32,000 nt of DNA from Mycolicibacterium smegmatis (GCF_001457595.1 NZ_LN831039.1:6930001-6962000), one strand, 5' to 3'. Counted from the first letter of the stretch, positions 7,387 through 15,870 are shown. Program-made: numbers and translations. Notes: generated from the letters alone by a model not told the origin.

Positions 7387-7677
7387 TCAGTGCTTGTCGG
7401 TCCGAAGCACCTTGGTGCGCAGCACCGACTCGTTCAGGTTGAGCTGACGGTCGAGCTCGGACACCGTGGCGGGCTCTGCCTTGACGTCGATGACGGCGTA
7501 GATGCCCTCGGCGTGCTTGGCGATCTCGTAAGCGAGACGGCGGCGGCCCCAGATGTCAACCTTGTCGACGGTCCCGCCATCCTTGCGGATGACGTTCAGG
7601 AACGTCTCCAGGGACGGAGCAACAGTGCGCTCGTCAAGTGTGGGGTCGAGAATGACCATGATTTCGTATGGACGCAT
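7387..7677 (-). CDS. rpsF: 30S ribosomal protein S6
   Basis: ATG at 7675-7677 gives [16 protein letters not shown]... (96 aa). Purine tracts GAGG (5 nt upstream) and AGGAGG (13 nt upstream) precede it. The 12 extra codons in the ORF track are upstream of the SD and were discarded. Confidence 0.95.
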
Positions 7678-7764
7678 TAGAACCTCATCACCTCCTATGG
7701 TCGTCGCGGCCACGGCGTGTTCCGTGGCAGGAGGGTCGCCTGCGTCGGCAACCGGCTAAGGCTA
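7678..7764 (-). promoter_or_regulatory. rpsF 5' leader with an anti-SD helix and hairpin, plus a putative -10 element
   Basis: The minus-strand RNA reads ...CCCUCCU-GCCACGG-aacacg-CCGUGGC-cgcgacgaccau-AGGAGG-ugauGAGGuucuaAUG. CCUCCU (7729-7734) is complementary to AGGAGG (7691-7696). A 7-bp hairpin (7709-7728) stacks on that helix. TAGCCT (7759-7764, minus strand) fits the -10 pattern TANNNT. Confidence 0.4.
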
Positions 7765-7856
7765 CAGGAAACTGACGTGAGCTGCGAAATCGGTGCCGCC
7801 CCGCCTTCTGCTCTGCCGATACGCTGAGAGTTTGTCCAGGCAATCAGGGGGGTTTC

Positions 7857-8477
7857 GTGAACAGTCCGTACGGTCCTTACGGTCAAGGAACCCCCTGGCA
7901 GCAGCCCGGCCCACCGCAACAGCCCGTCTACCCACCGCAGGGCTACCCACCGCAGGCCTATCCGCCGCCGGGTTACCCGCAGCCCGGTTACCCGTACCCG
8001 CCTCCGCAACCGGCGCCACCGAGTGGTCTCACCGCGATCATCGCGATCGTGCTCGCGGGCCTCGGTGGTGTGGCGAATTTCTTCGGTGGTCTGCTCATGG
8101 CCTTCTCACTCGCCGTGATCATGGCGGACGCGACCGGGGCAGGCAGTTCCGCGGTCAACGACAGCGCGTGGACCCCGCTGGTCGCAGTCGCGATGCTGAA
8201 CGTCCTGTGCGGCGTGCTGCTTCTGGCCGGGACGGTGATGTTGTTGCTGCGCAAGATGACGGGCCGCTGGATCGTGATCGCGGGATGCGTCACGAACCTG
8301 CTGAGCACGATCGTCGCCGCCGGCCTGGTGCCCTCGAACATCGGCGAGTACGAGTACAACCGCAGCGTCGGACCCGATGCGGTGGGCCTCGTGTTCGCGA
8401 TCGCCACGGTGGTGCTGGTGCTGCTGCCGTCCACGGCGGCATGGCTTCAGGCCAAGCGATCGTCGACCGTGCGTTGA
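7857..8477 (+). CDS. Membrane protein with a Pro/Tyr/Gln-rich N-terminal low-complexity region and about four TM helices
   Basis: GTG 7857 has GGGGGG 4 nt upstream. The N-terminus contains YPPQGYPPQAYPPPGYPQPGYPYPPP. It is followed by hydrophobic segments (LTAIIAIVLAGLGGVANFF.., LVAVAMLNVLCGVLLLAGTVMLLL, WIVIAGCVTNLLSTIVAAGLV, VGLVFAIATVVLVLL). The antisense ORFs here are not protein-like. Confidence 0.75.
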   Translation: MNSPYGPYGQGTPWQQPGPPQQPVYPPQGYPPQAYPPPGYPQPGYPYPPPQPAPPSGLTAIIAIVLAGLGGVANFFGGLLMAFSLAVIMADATGAGSSAVNDSAWTPLVAVAMLNVLCGVLLLAGTVMLLLRKMTGRWIVIAGCVTNLLSTIVAAGLVPSNIGEYEYNRSVGPDAVGLVFAIATVVLVLLPSTAAWLQAKRSSTVR

Positions 8478-10111
8478 GGGCGGGTTTGGTCGCTGATTCC
8501 CGCCGCTGACGCACGCTCGGCGCGCACGCGGGAAGCCGTGGGGCGCAGCCGGTCCGGTAGCCACTTCGGTGGGCTGTCCGGCGCGCGGTCGTAGATCCCG
8601 CCGGTCGGATCGTCGATGCGGCCGTGCCAACGCACCAGATCCAGTTCGGGACGGTAGATCTGACGGATCACCAACGCGCACAACGCGATCACCGCGATGT
8701 CACGCAGCAGGACCGTGGTGGTGAAAAACTGCTCGGGCAGGCCCTTGTTGGACTCGCCGTAGAGGTACAGCATCCGGGGCACCCACACCAGGGCATCAAT
8801 GGTCATCCACGCCAACAGGATTCGCCGATGCGGCAGCGCGAGGACGGCAAGCGGCACGAGCCACAGCGAGAACTGCGGGCTCCACACCTTGTTGGTCAGC
8901 AGGAACGCCGCCACCACCAGGAACGCCAGTTGCGCAAGACGTGGCCGTTGGGGCGCCGTCAGCGTGATGTAGCCGATCGCGATGCAGCACGCGGCGAACA
9001 GGATCGCCGTCACGGTGTTGAGCGTCGTCGGGGGTTCCCAGAACCCGAGGCCGGGATCGAACCCGCGCCAGCCGGTGAACGACTTGACGACGTTGTAGAT
9101 CGAATCCATGTCGTCGCCGCGGCGGGTGTTGAGCCGGAAGAACTCCGACCACCCGCGCGGGAACAGCACCATGATCGGCAGGTTCACCACCAGCCAGGTG
9201 GCCACGGCCGTCAGCGCCGTCTTGCCGACGTCACGCATCCGGCCGGTGCGCACGGCCAGCAGCACCAGAGGGATCAGCAACAGCAGCGGATACAGCTTGG
9301 CCGCGACCCCGAGTCCGATCAGCGCACCTGCCACCACGGGTTTGCGCCGTGACCAGGCCAGCATCGCGCCGGCCGCCGCTGCGGTGGCGAGCGCGTCGAA
9401 GTTGGTGAAGATCTGGAAGATCACGATGGGCGAGGCGGCCACGAGCGCGGCGTCCCACACGCGCCGCCCGGCCATTCGGCTGGTCGCCCAGATCGTGGCG
9501 AGCCACGCCAGTGCGAGCCCGAACGCGGCGATGTTGAAGAACATCACCACCTCGGCGACGATCGGGATCGCGACGAGCTTGGTCAGCGCGGTGTAGGTCT
9601 TGGCCAGCGACATCGCCACGTACTGGTAGATGCCGGTGATGACCGGATACTCCATGTAGCGGATCGCGGGGCTGCCGTCGTACTGCACGCGCGGCTTGCC
9701 CGACGAATCCTTCTCGATCCAGCTGGACTTGTACGGGAACTTGCCCAGGTTCAACAACTCTGCGGTGTACAGCGGAACCGTGTCGGAGTAGCAGAGTTCG
9801 TAATAGGCGCGGTTGTTCTCCCAGTTGGCGACGCGCTGCCCCGCGGTGCCGGTGCCGGTGGTCTGCAGGCACGCCGCCTTGGTCGAGTAACCCAGCGCGA
9901 GGAACACCACGGCGATCAGCAGGATCGCGCGCAACGGCGTCATGAACCGCGCCCGCCCGATCAGTGCGTGCCTGCCGACCGGGCCGCCGATCACCTGCGA
10001 CAGCGCCGAACTCATCGGGTCGTTGCGGCTGGGCAGGTCACGATCGTCCGCGCTCGCACGGTTCGGCGCGAGCGGCGCGGGTGAGACCCCGCCGGGCTGG
10101 TCGCCCGTCAC
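8447..10111 (-). CDS. Polytopic membrane protein, GT-C / GT87 (DUF2029)-like putative glycosyltransferase (Rv0051-like)
   Basis: There are more than 10 hydrophobic helices after RARFMTPLRAILLIAVVFLALGY. The preferred start is GTG 10109-10111, which overlaps the ponA1 stop (GTGA). An alternative start is ATG 10013-10015 (MSSALSQ). The ORF-track extension to 10525 lies inside ponA1 in another frame. Confidence 0.8.
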   Translation of the reverse strand: MTGDQPGGVSPAPLAPNRASADDRDLPSRNDPMSSALSQVIGGPVGRHALIGRARFMTPLRAILLIAVVFLALGYSTKAACLQTTGTGTAGQRVANWENNRAYYELCYSDTVPLYTAELLNLGKFPYKSSWIEKDSSGKPRVQYDGSPAIRYMEYPVITGIYQYVAMSLAKTYTALTKLVAIPIVAEVVMFFNIAAFGLALAWLATIWATSRMAGRRVWDAALVAASPIVIFQIFTNFDALATAAAAGAMLAWSRRKPVVAGALIGLGVAAKLYPLLLLIPLVLLAVRTGRMRDVGKTALTAVATWLVVNLPIMVLFPRGWSEFFRLNTRRGDDMDSIYNVVKSFTGWRGFDPGLGFWEPPTTLNTVTAILFAACCIAIGYITLTAPQRPRLAQLAFLVVAAFLLTNKVWSPQFSLWLVPLAVLALPHRRILLAWMTIDALVWVPRMLYLYGESNKGLPEQFFTTTVLLRDIAVIALCALVIRQIYRPELDLVRWHGRIDDPTGGIYDRAPDSPPKWLPDRLRPTASRVRAERASAAGISDQTRPQRTVDDRLA

Positions 10112-12591
10112 GGAGGCGGCGGGGCTCCGGGGACGCCTGGGGCACCAGGCGCCACGGGGACCTCGGGCGCGCCGGGGCCGACGGGAGCACCAGGTGCGCC
10201 CGGCGGGGGTCCGACCGGCACGGTGGTCGGCGGGCCGATCGGGATCGTGATGCCCGGCGCCACCTCGATGGTCGGCTGGATCACGGTCACCGAGGGCTGC
10301 CCCGGATCGGTCGGCGGGCCTGCCGACGGCGGCGGCGCGGCCGGGGCCTGTGGCACACCGGCGTAGCCACCGATCTCGGTGGGCTTGGGGAAGGACTCGA
10401 CGTCGGTGCCCTCCAGGGCGCCGTCCATCGTGGCCTTCCAGATGTCCGACGGCAGCCCGGACCCGTAGATCGGCGAACCCCACTTGTTGACCAGCGGCTT
10501 GACGCCCTCGGTGGTGCCGACCCACACCGCGGTGGACAGCGACGGCGTGTAGCCGACCATCCAGGCGTCGCGGTTGTCGCCGGTGTCGCCGAGCTGGACG
10601 GTGCCGGTCTTGGCCGCCGACGGGCGTCCGCCGGCCAGGTTGTGGCCCCGCGACCAGCCTGCGATGGGTTGCATGGCCGACGTCACGTTGTCGGCAACGG
10701 CCTTGTCGATGCGTTCTTCGCCGTTGTCCTCTTTGGAGGCGTCGAACAGCACCTGCCCGGAGGAGTTGACGACCTTCTCCACGAAGTGCGGCTTGTGGTA
10801 GACGCCTGACGCCGCGAGCGTGGCGTACGCCGACGCCATGTCCAGCACGCGTGACTGGTACTGGCCCAGCACCACACCGTTGTTGGGCGGGCCGCCCTTG
10901 CCGTCCTCGCTCAGCGTGTGCTCGACGCCGGGGAAGCTCTCGGCGACACCCGCGTCGTGCGCGGCCTTGGCGACGTCGGCCGGGCCGTTCTCCAGCTTGA
11001 GCATGAGCCGGTAGTAGCTGGTGTTCAGCGACCGCTTGAGCGCCTCGGCGATCGAGCAGGTTCCGCAGCCTTCACCCTCGACGTTGCCGATCTTGATTCC
11101 GTTGACCTCGAGCGGTCCGCTGTCGATCTGATAGCCCAGGCCGATGCCCTGCTGCAGCGCCGCGACGAGCGCGAACACCTTGAACGACGAACCCGTCGGC
11201 AGGCCCGCCTGCGCGAAGTCGAACCCGTTGGCGTCGGAACCGCCGTAGTACGCCTTGATGCCTCCGGTGCGCGGGTCGATCGACACGACCGCCGCCCGCA
11301 TGTCCGGGTCCTGGCCTTCGAGGTACTTGTCGACGGCGTCGACCGCGGCCTCCTGAGCCTTGGGGTCGATCGTGGTGGTGATCTGCAGACCCTCGGTGTT
11401 CAACGTCTGCTCGTTGATGTCGAAGAGGTCCAGCAGCTCGTTGGTGACCTGGCGCTCGATCAGACCGTTGGGGCCCGTCGTCTGGTTCTGCTGGAAGGCG
11501 TAGTCGGGGGGCACCGTCGGCGGGAACACCTGCGCGTCGCGGTCGGCCTGCGACAGCGCCCCGATGTCGACCATGCCGTCGAGCACCCAGTTCCACCGGT
11601 CGGCGGCACCTTCGGGATCCACCGCGGGATCCAGGGTCGACGGCCGCTGGATCAGCGCGGCCAGCAGGGCCCCCTCGGCGACGTCGAGCTGCTCGACGGG
11701 TTTGTCGAAGTACGCCTTGGACGCCGCCGAGATCCCATAGGCGCCGCGGCCGAAGTAGATGATGTTGAGGTAGGCCTGCAGCACGGCGTCCTTGGACCAT
11801 TCGCCGGACATCTTGGTCGAGATGACCAGCTCCTTGGCCTTGCGGATCAAACCGCCGATACCGGACCGCTCGTCACCGACCAGCGCGTTCTTGACGTACT
11901 GCTGCGTGATGGTCGATCCACCCTGCAGACCACCGCCACCGAACAGGTTGTTCTTGATCGCGCGCAGGAAGCCGGTCCACGAGAAGCCCGGATTCGAGTA
12001 GAAGTCACGGTCCTCGGCGGCCATCACCGCGTCGCGAACATGCACCGGGATCTGGTCGATCTTGACGTCGACCCGGTTGCCTTCCGGCGGCACGATCCGC
12101 GCGATCTCGCTGCCGTCGCTCGCGAGGATCGTCGACACCTGCGGCGTACGGATGTCGCCGGGCTCGGGGACGTCGACGATCATGTACGCCATGCCGAAGG
12201 TGATCAGCGGCAGCAGCACCATCACGGCGACGGCGATCGCAGAACCGCGTCGCACCCACTTCCAGTTGATGCGGAACTGACGGCCCGGTCCCGACGGACC
12301 ACCCGGTCCGGACGGACCTCCGCCGCCTCTTCCAGGCGGCGGCGGTGGCGGCGGTTTCGGCGGCGGGGAGCCTTCGAGCGCGGCGCGCACGACGTCGATC
12401 GGCGGCGCGATGTCACCGTCGCGCACCGGCGGCAGGACCGCGGTCAACCGGTCGTCGGGCGGCACCGCCGAGCGGGGCGGCACCGGGGGACGCGGAGGGT
12501 TTGCGAGGGGCCGGTTCTCGCGCGCACCAAGACGACCGGCTGCCTCACGGGCATCGTCGGTCGACCTGGAGTGGCGCCCTTCGTTATTCAC
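10108..12591 (-). CDS. ponA1: Bifunctional class A penicillin-binding protein PonA1 (transglycosylase/transpeptidase), 827 aa
   Basis: The GT51 motifs are EDRDFYSNPGF and GGSTITQQYVKN. The transpeptidase motifs are SSFK and KTGT, and there is a Pro-rich C-terminal tail. The chosen start is GTG 12589-12591 (VNNEGRHSRS...), which overlaps the upstream gene's TAA by 8 nt. The longer ORF to 12741 would overlap that gene by 158 nt. Confidence 0.92.
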   Translation of the reverse strand: MNNEGRHSRSTDDAREAAGRLGARENRPLANPPRPPVPPRSAVPPDDRLTAVLPPVRDGDIAPPIDVVRAALEGSPPPKPPPPPPPGRGGGGPSGPGGPSGPGRQFRINWKWVRRGSAIAVAVMVLLPLITFGMAYMIVDVPEPGDIRTPQVSTILASDGSEIARIVPPEGNRVDVKIDQIPVHVRDAVMAAEDRDFYSNPGFSWTGFLRAIKNNLFGGGGLQGGSTITQQYVKNALVGDERSGIGGLIRKAKELVISTKMSGEWSKDAVLQAYLNIIYFGRGAYGISAASKAYFDKPVEQLDVAEGALLAALIQRPSTLDPAVDPEGAADRWNWVLDGMVDIGALSQADRDAQVFPPTVPPDYAFQQNQTTGPNGLIERQVTNELLDLFDINEQTLNTEGLQITTTIDPKAQEAAVDAVDKYLEGQDPDMRAAVVSIDPRTGGIKAYYGGSDANGFDFAQAGLPTGSSFKVFALVAALQQGIGLGYQIDSGPLEVNGIKIGNVEGEGCGTCSIAEALKRSLNTSYYRLMLKLENGPADVAKAAHDAGVAESFPGVEHTLSEDGKGGPPNNGVVLGQYQSRVLDMASAYATLAASGVYHKPHFVEKVVNSSGQVLFDASKEDNGEERIDKAVADNVTSAMQPIAGWSRGHNLAGGRPSAAKTGTVQLGDTGDNRDAWMVGYTPSLSTAVWVGTTEGVKPLVNKWGSPIYGSGLPSDIWKATMDGALEGTDVESFPKPTEIGGYAGVPQAPAAPPPSAGPPTDPGQPSVTVIQPTIEVAPGITIPIGPPTTVPVGPPPGAPGAPVGPGAPEVPVAPGAPGVPGAPPPP

Positions 12592-13015
12592 TGGCCGTAC
12601 GCGCAGACTTGCGCGTGCTCGGCGTACGCTTCGGCCTCCGCGCCTCCGGTGGACGGGGCGCGCCGAGCACGTACGACTTGACCAGATGATTCCAGCTGCA
12701 GGTCCGGCATACCTCCACCACGTGTACCGCGAATTCGTCATAGCGGCTGGCGAGCAACACCAGCTCCTCGGCCGTGCGCGCCGACCCGGAGACCGGGCCC
12801 AGATGCTCGCCGAAGACCCACGACACCAGGGTCAGCTGTTCTTTCCGGCAGATCGGGCACATCACCGAGCTCTGCTTGCCGTGGAACTTCGCGGCGCGCA
12901 GTAGATAGGGATTCGCGTCGCAGACTTCCGACACCCCGGTTCGCCCGGAGTACACCTCGGCCAGCAGGGACCTCCGCCGCAGGGCGTAGTCCACCACCTG
13001 TCTCTGCAATCGCAC
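12584..13015 (-). CDS. Conserved actinobacterial Zn-ribbon protein (DUF5318 / Rv0049-like)
   Basis: The sequence RLQRQVVDYALRRRSLLAEVYSGRTG... carries two CxxC pairs (CPICRKE and CRTCSWN). The preferred start is GTG 13013-15, which has TACTCT 7 nt upstream and so looks leaderless. An alternative start is ATG 13070-72. The rest of the 509-aa ORF in the track is a shadow of the plus-strand gene. Confidence 0.8.
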   Translation of the reverse strand: MRLQRQVVDYALRRRSLLAEVYSGRTGVSEVCDANPYLLRAAKFHGKQSSVMCPICRKEQLTLVSWVFGEHLGPVSGSARTAEELVLLASRYDEFAVHVVEVCRTCSWNHLVKSYVLGAPRPPEARRPKRTPSTRKSARTASE

Positions 13016-13022
13016 GTTGACC

Positions 13023-13028
13023 AGAGTA
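13023..13028 (-). promoter_or_regulatory. Putative -10 hexamer (TACTCT) for a leaderless DUF5318-like/ponA1 transcript
   Basis: It fits TANNNT, lies 7 nt upstream of GTG 13015, and has no SD in between. Confidence 0.4.
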
Positions 13029-13105
13029 CGTCGGCCCGTCGGACACCGAGGCGCGACCGCGTCACAGCTCATACGATCTTGGTCGTGGCAACGCGGCAGA
13101 CGTCC

Positions 13106-13954
13106 ATGACACGGGCCAAAGACAGCGATCGCAACGACACCTGCAAAGTGCTGGACAGTGCGATGGCCGAGGGTCAGCTGTCCATGGAGGAGCACCGCGA
13201 CCGGCTCAGCGCCGCGATGAAGGCCACGACGCTCGGCGAACTCGCGGACCTGGTGGCCGACCTGCAGAACGAGGCCGCGCCGGTGCGGTTGCCCACGCTC
13301 AAGCCGCCGCGCATCCCCCGGCCGTCGTCCGGATCGCCCGGCTGGGGTTTCAAGATCGCCTCGGCGGTGGTGCTGGTACTGCTGGGCATCGGGATCGGGT
13401 GGGGCATGTACGGCTCCAGCCCCACGCCCTTTCATGTCGCCTCGGACCCCGGCGCCCAAGCCGACGGCATCGCCCCCGAAGTGCTCCCCGCGCCAAGGCA
13501 ATTGCAGTCGCTCAACGGTTTCAACGGCCTGTTCGACCAGATGCGCAAGAAGTTCGGCAACACCATGGGCTACGAGCTGGACATCCACTCCGACATGGCG
13601 TTCCTGGACCGGCCCGACCCGTCGGACAACCGCCGCGAGATGAGCTACACCTACCGCGGCGGCTGGGGAGATCCGTCCGGCTCGCCGTCGGCGGTCGACA
13701 GCGACGCGCGGCTGGTGGACCTGTCGAAGTTCGACTACGAGAAGACGCTCGCGATCATGCGCGGCGCGCCCGACACCGTCGGCATCAAACGCGCCGACGT
13801 CAAGGACACGTGGCTGCGGATCGGCCCGTCGGAGGATCCGGCCACCCCCGAGGCCGTCAACGTCGAGATCTTCGTCAACAGCGAGTTCGGCAACGGCCGC
13901 ATCGAGCTGTACCCGGACGGCACCACCAAGGCGATCTGGCCCGCCGGCCGCTGA
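13106..13954 (+). CDS. DUF1707-domain membrane protein
   Basis: The N-terminus MTRAKDSDRNDTCKVLDSAMAEGQLSMEEHRDRLSAAM follows the DUF1707 pattern (R-x-SD-xDR...G-x-L-x-x-EE-x-x-R). There is one TM helix (FKIASAVVLVLLGIGIGWGMYG) followed by an extracytoplasmic domain. In-frame TTG 13079 and GTG 13085 are alternative starts. Confidence 0.75.
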   Translation: MTRAKDSDRNDTCKVLDSAMAEGQLSMEEHRDRLSAAMKATTLGELADLVADLQNEAAPVRLPTLKPPRIPRPSSGSPGWGFKIASAVVLVLLGIGIGWGMYGSSPTPFHVASDPGAQADGIAPEVLPAPRQLQSLNGFNGLFDQMRKKFGNTMGYELDIHSDMAFLDRPDPSDNRREMSYTYRGGWGDPSGSPSAVDSDARLVDLSKFDYEKTLAIMRGAPDTVGIKRADVKDTWLRIGPSEDPATPEAVNVEIFVNSEFGNGRIELYPDGTTKAIWPAGR

Positions 13955-13974
13955 GCCCGACGACCTGCCACCGA

Positions 13975-14000
13975 GCTGACAAATGATGTACTTTGTCAGC
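13975..14000 (+). promoter_or_regulatory. Perfect 9-bp inverted repeat GCTGACAAA-N8-TTTGTCAGC: a weak terminator for the upstream gene and/or an operator upstream of the PadR gene
   Basis: Read directly from the sequence. It is AT-rich relative to its surroundings. It lies 21 nt after the stop at 13954 and 98 nt before the PadR start. Confidence 0.35.
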
Positions 14001-14097
14001 CTGCGGTAGCGCTCAATATATCGGCGCGATACAGTTGGCCGAGGTGTTGATCCGTCGTAACGACAGCCCGAACAGAGCTGGATAGGGGGTGATTCCG

Positions 14098-14643
14098 GTG
14101 CTGGAGCTCGCAATCCTGGGTCTTCTGCTCGAATCGCCCATGCACGGCTACGAGCTGCGCAAACGGCTGACGGGCCTGTTGGGGGCGTTCCGCGCGTTCT
14201 CCTACGGTTCGCTCTATCCGGCCCTGCGCCGCATGCAGGCCGACGGGCTGATCGTCGAGGACGCCGCTCCCGAGGGCGCGACGAAAGTGCGCCGGGCGCG
14301 CCGGGTCTACCAGCTCACCGAGGCCGGCAAACAGCGGTTCGCCGAGCTGGTCGCCGACACCGGACCGCAGAACTACTCCGACGACGGCTTCGGTGTGCAC
14401 CTGGCCTTCTTCAACCGCACCCCGGCCGAGGCCAGGATGCGGATCCTGGAAGGTCGCCGTCGTCAGGTGGAGGAACGGCGGGAAGGTCTGCGTGAAGCAG
14501 TGGCGCGGGCCAGCAGTTCGTTCGACCGCTACACCCGTCAACTCCACCAGCTGGGCCTGGAGTCCAGTGAGCGAGAAGTGAAATGGCTCAACGAACTGAT
14601 AGCGGCAGAGCGGCTGAGCCAGGGGCGTACGGACAATCCATGA
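14098..14643 (+). CDS. PadR-family transcriptional regulator (Rv0047c-like)
   Basis: The winged-helix N-terminus LELAILGLLLESPMHGYELRKRL...YGSLYPALRRMQADGLI is present. GTG 14098 has GGGGG about 7 nt upstream. In-frame GTG 14089 is an alternative start. Confidence 0.9.
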   Translation: MLELAILGLLLESPMHGYELRKRLTGLLGAFRAFSYGSLYPALRRMQADGLIVEDAAPEGATKVRRARRVYQLTEAGKQRFAELVADTGPQNYSDDGFGVHLAFFNRTPAEARMRILEGRRRQVEERREGLREAVARASSSFDRYTRQLHQLGLESSEREVKWLNELIAAERLSQGRTDNP

Positions 14644-14720
14644 ACGCACCCCGGGTACAGCCCTGACATTGCAAACAAGGCCGCTGGCCGAGCAATACGG
14701 AACGAGTAAGGAGACCGTCC

Positions 14721-15812
14721 ATGTCTGAGCACGCAGGAGAAATCCGGGTCGCCATTGTCGGCGTCGGTAACTGCGCATCCTCCCTGGTCCAGGGCGTGCA
14801 GTACTACCGCAACGCCGACGAGAACACGACCGTGCCCGGGCTGATGCACGTCAAGTTCGGCCCGTACCACGTGCGCGACGTGAACTTCGTCGCCGCGTTC
14901 GACGTGGACGCCAAGAAGGTCGGCTTCGATCTGTCCGAGGCCATCTTCGCCTCCGAGAACAACACCATCAAGATCGCCGACGTGCCGCCGACCGACGTCA
15001 TCGTGCAGCGCGGCCCGACACTCGACGGCATCGGCAAGTACTACGCCGACACCATCGAGGTCTCCGACGCCGAACCGGTCGACGTGGTCAAGGTCCTCAA
15101 GGACGCCGAGGTCGACGTGCTGGTCTCCTACCTGCCCGTGGGTTCGGAAGAGGCCGACAAGTTCTACGCCCAGTGCGCGATCGACGCGGGCGTGGCCTTC
15201 GTCAACGCGCTGCCGGTGTTCATCGCCTCGGATCCGGTGTGGGCCAAGAAGTTCGAAGATGCCGGCGTGCCGATCGTCGGTGACGACATCAAGAGCCAGG
15301 TCGGCGCCACCATCACCCACCGCGTGATGGCCAAGCTGTTCGAGGACCGCGGCGTCACGCTGGACCGCACCTACCAGCTCAACGTCGGCGGCAACATGGA
15401 CTTTTTGAACATGCTCGAGCGTTCGCGTCTGGAGTCCAAGAAGGTCTCCAAGACCCAGGCCGTCACCTCCAACCTGTCCGGCGCGCTGGCCGGCAAGGTC
15501 GAGGACAAGAACGTCCACATCGGCCCGTCCGACCACGTCGCCTGGCTCGACGACCGTAAGTGGGCCTACGTGCGGCTGGAAGGCCGCGCCTTCGGCGACG
15601 TGCCGCTGAACCTGGAGTACAAGCTCGAGGTGTGGGACTCCCCCAACTCCGCAGGCGTCATCATCGACGCGGTGCGCGCGGCCAAGATCGCCAAGGACCG
15701 CGGCATCGGCGGACCGATCGAGGCGGCCTCGGCCTACCTCATGAAGAGCCCGCCCAAGCAGCTCGCCGACGACGTCGCCCGCGCCGAGTTGGAAACCTTC
15801 ATCGAGGGCTGA
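14721..15812 (+). CDS. ino1: Inositol-3-phosphate synthase
   Basis: ATG 14721 has AAGGAG 7 nt upstream. The sequence [22 protein letters not shown]...NVGGNMDF...[11 protein letters not shown] is characteristic of actinobacterial Ino1. The protein is 363 aa. Confidence 0.97.
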   Translation: MSEHAGEIRVAIVGVGNCASSLVQGVQYYRNADENTTVPGLMHVKFGPYHVRDVNFVAAFDVDAKKVGFDLSEAIFASENNTIKIADVPPTDVIVQRGPTLDGIGKYYADTIEVSDAEPVDVVKVLKDAEVDVLVSYLPVGSEEADKFYAQCAIDAGVAFVNALPVFIASDPVWAKKFEDAGVPIVGDDIKSQVGATITHRVMAKLFEDRGVTLDRTYQLNVGGNMDFLNMLERSRLESKKVSKTQAVTSNLSGALAGKVEDKNVHIGPSDHVAWLDDRKWAYVRLEGRAFGDVPLNLEYKLEVWDSPNSAGVIIDAVRAAKIAKDRGIGGPIEAASAYLMKSPPKQLADDVARAELETFIEG

Positions 15813-15821
15813 TCCTCGCGT

Positions 15822-15867
15822 GATTTGTGGAGTCTTACCGGCAGGCGCTGGTAAGACTCCACAAATC
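15822..15867 (+). terminator. Perfect 18-bp-stem palindrome downstream of ino1
   Basis: The arms gatttgtggagtcttacc / ggtaagactccacaaatc enclose a 10-nt loop. The palindrome starts 10 nt after the ino1 stop. It abuts the putative -10 of the next gene. Confidence 0.6.
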
Positions 15868-15870
15868 GCT

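Noticed and set aside
10112-10525. 5' extension of the GT87-like ORF (138 extra codons)
   Set aside because: It lies entirely within ponA1 in another frame and translates to Arg/Pro/Gly-rich sequence. A GTG overlapping the ponA1 stop is a far better start.
10918-12681. 587-aa plus-strand ORF opposite ponA1
   Set aside because: It has an antisense-shadow composition (R/D/V/G-rich with no domains). ponA1 on the minus strand carries unmistakable PBP motifs.
12592-12741. 5' extension of the ponA1 ORF (50 extra codons)
   Set aside because: It would overlap the upstream Zn-ribbon gene by 158 nt. The extension (MTNSRYTWWRYAGP...) has poor coding character. The GTG at 12591 gives a length close to the re-annotated mycobacterial PonA1 as I remember it.
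13016-14113. N-terminal 360 codons of the 509-aa minus-strand ORF (12584-14113)
   Set aside because: Only the last roughly 143-162 codons are protein-like (the DUF5318 Zn-ribbon). The remainder is antisense to the DUF1707 gene and runs through the PadR spacer.
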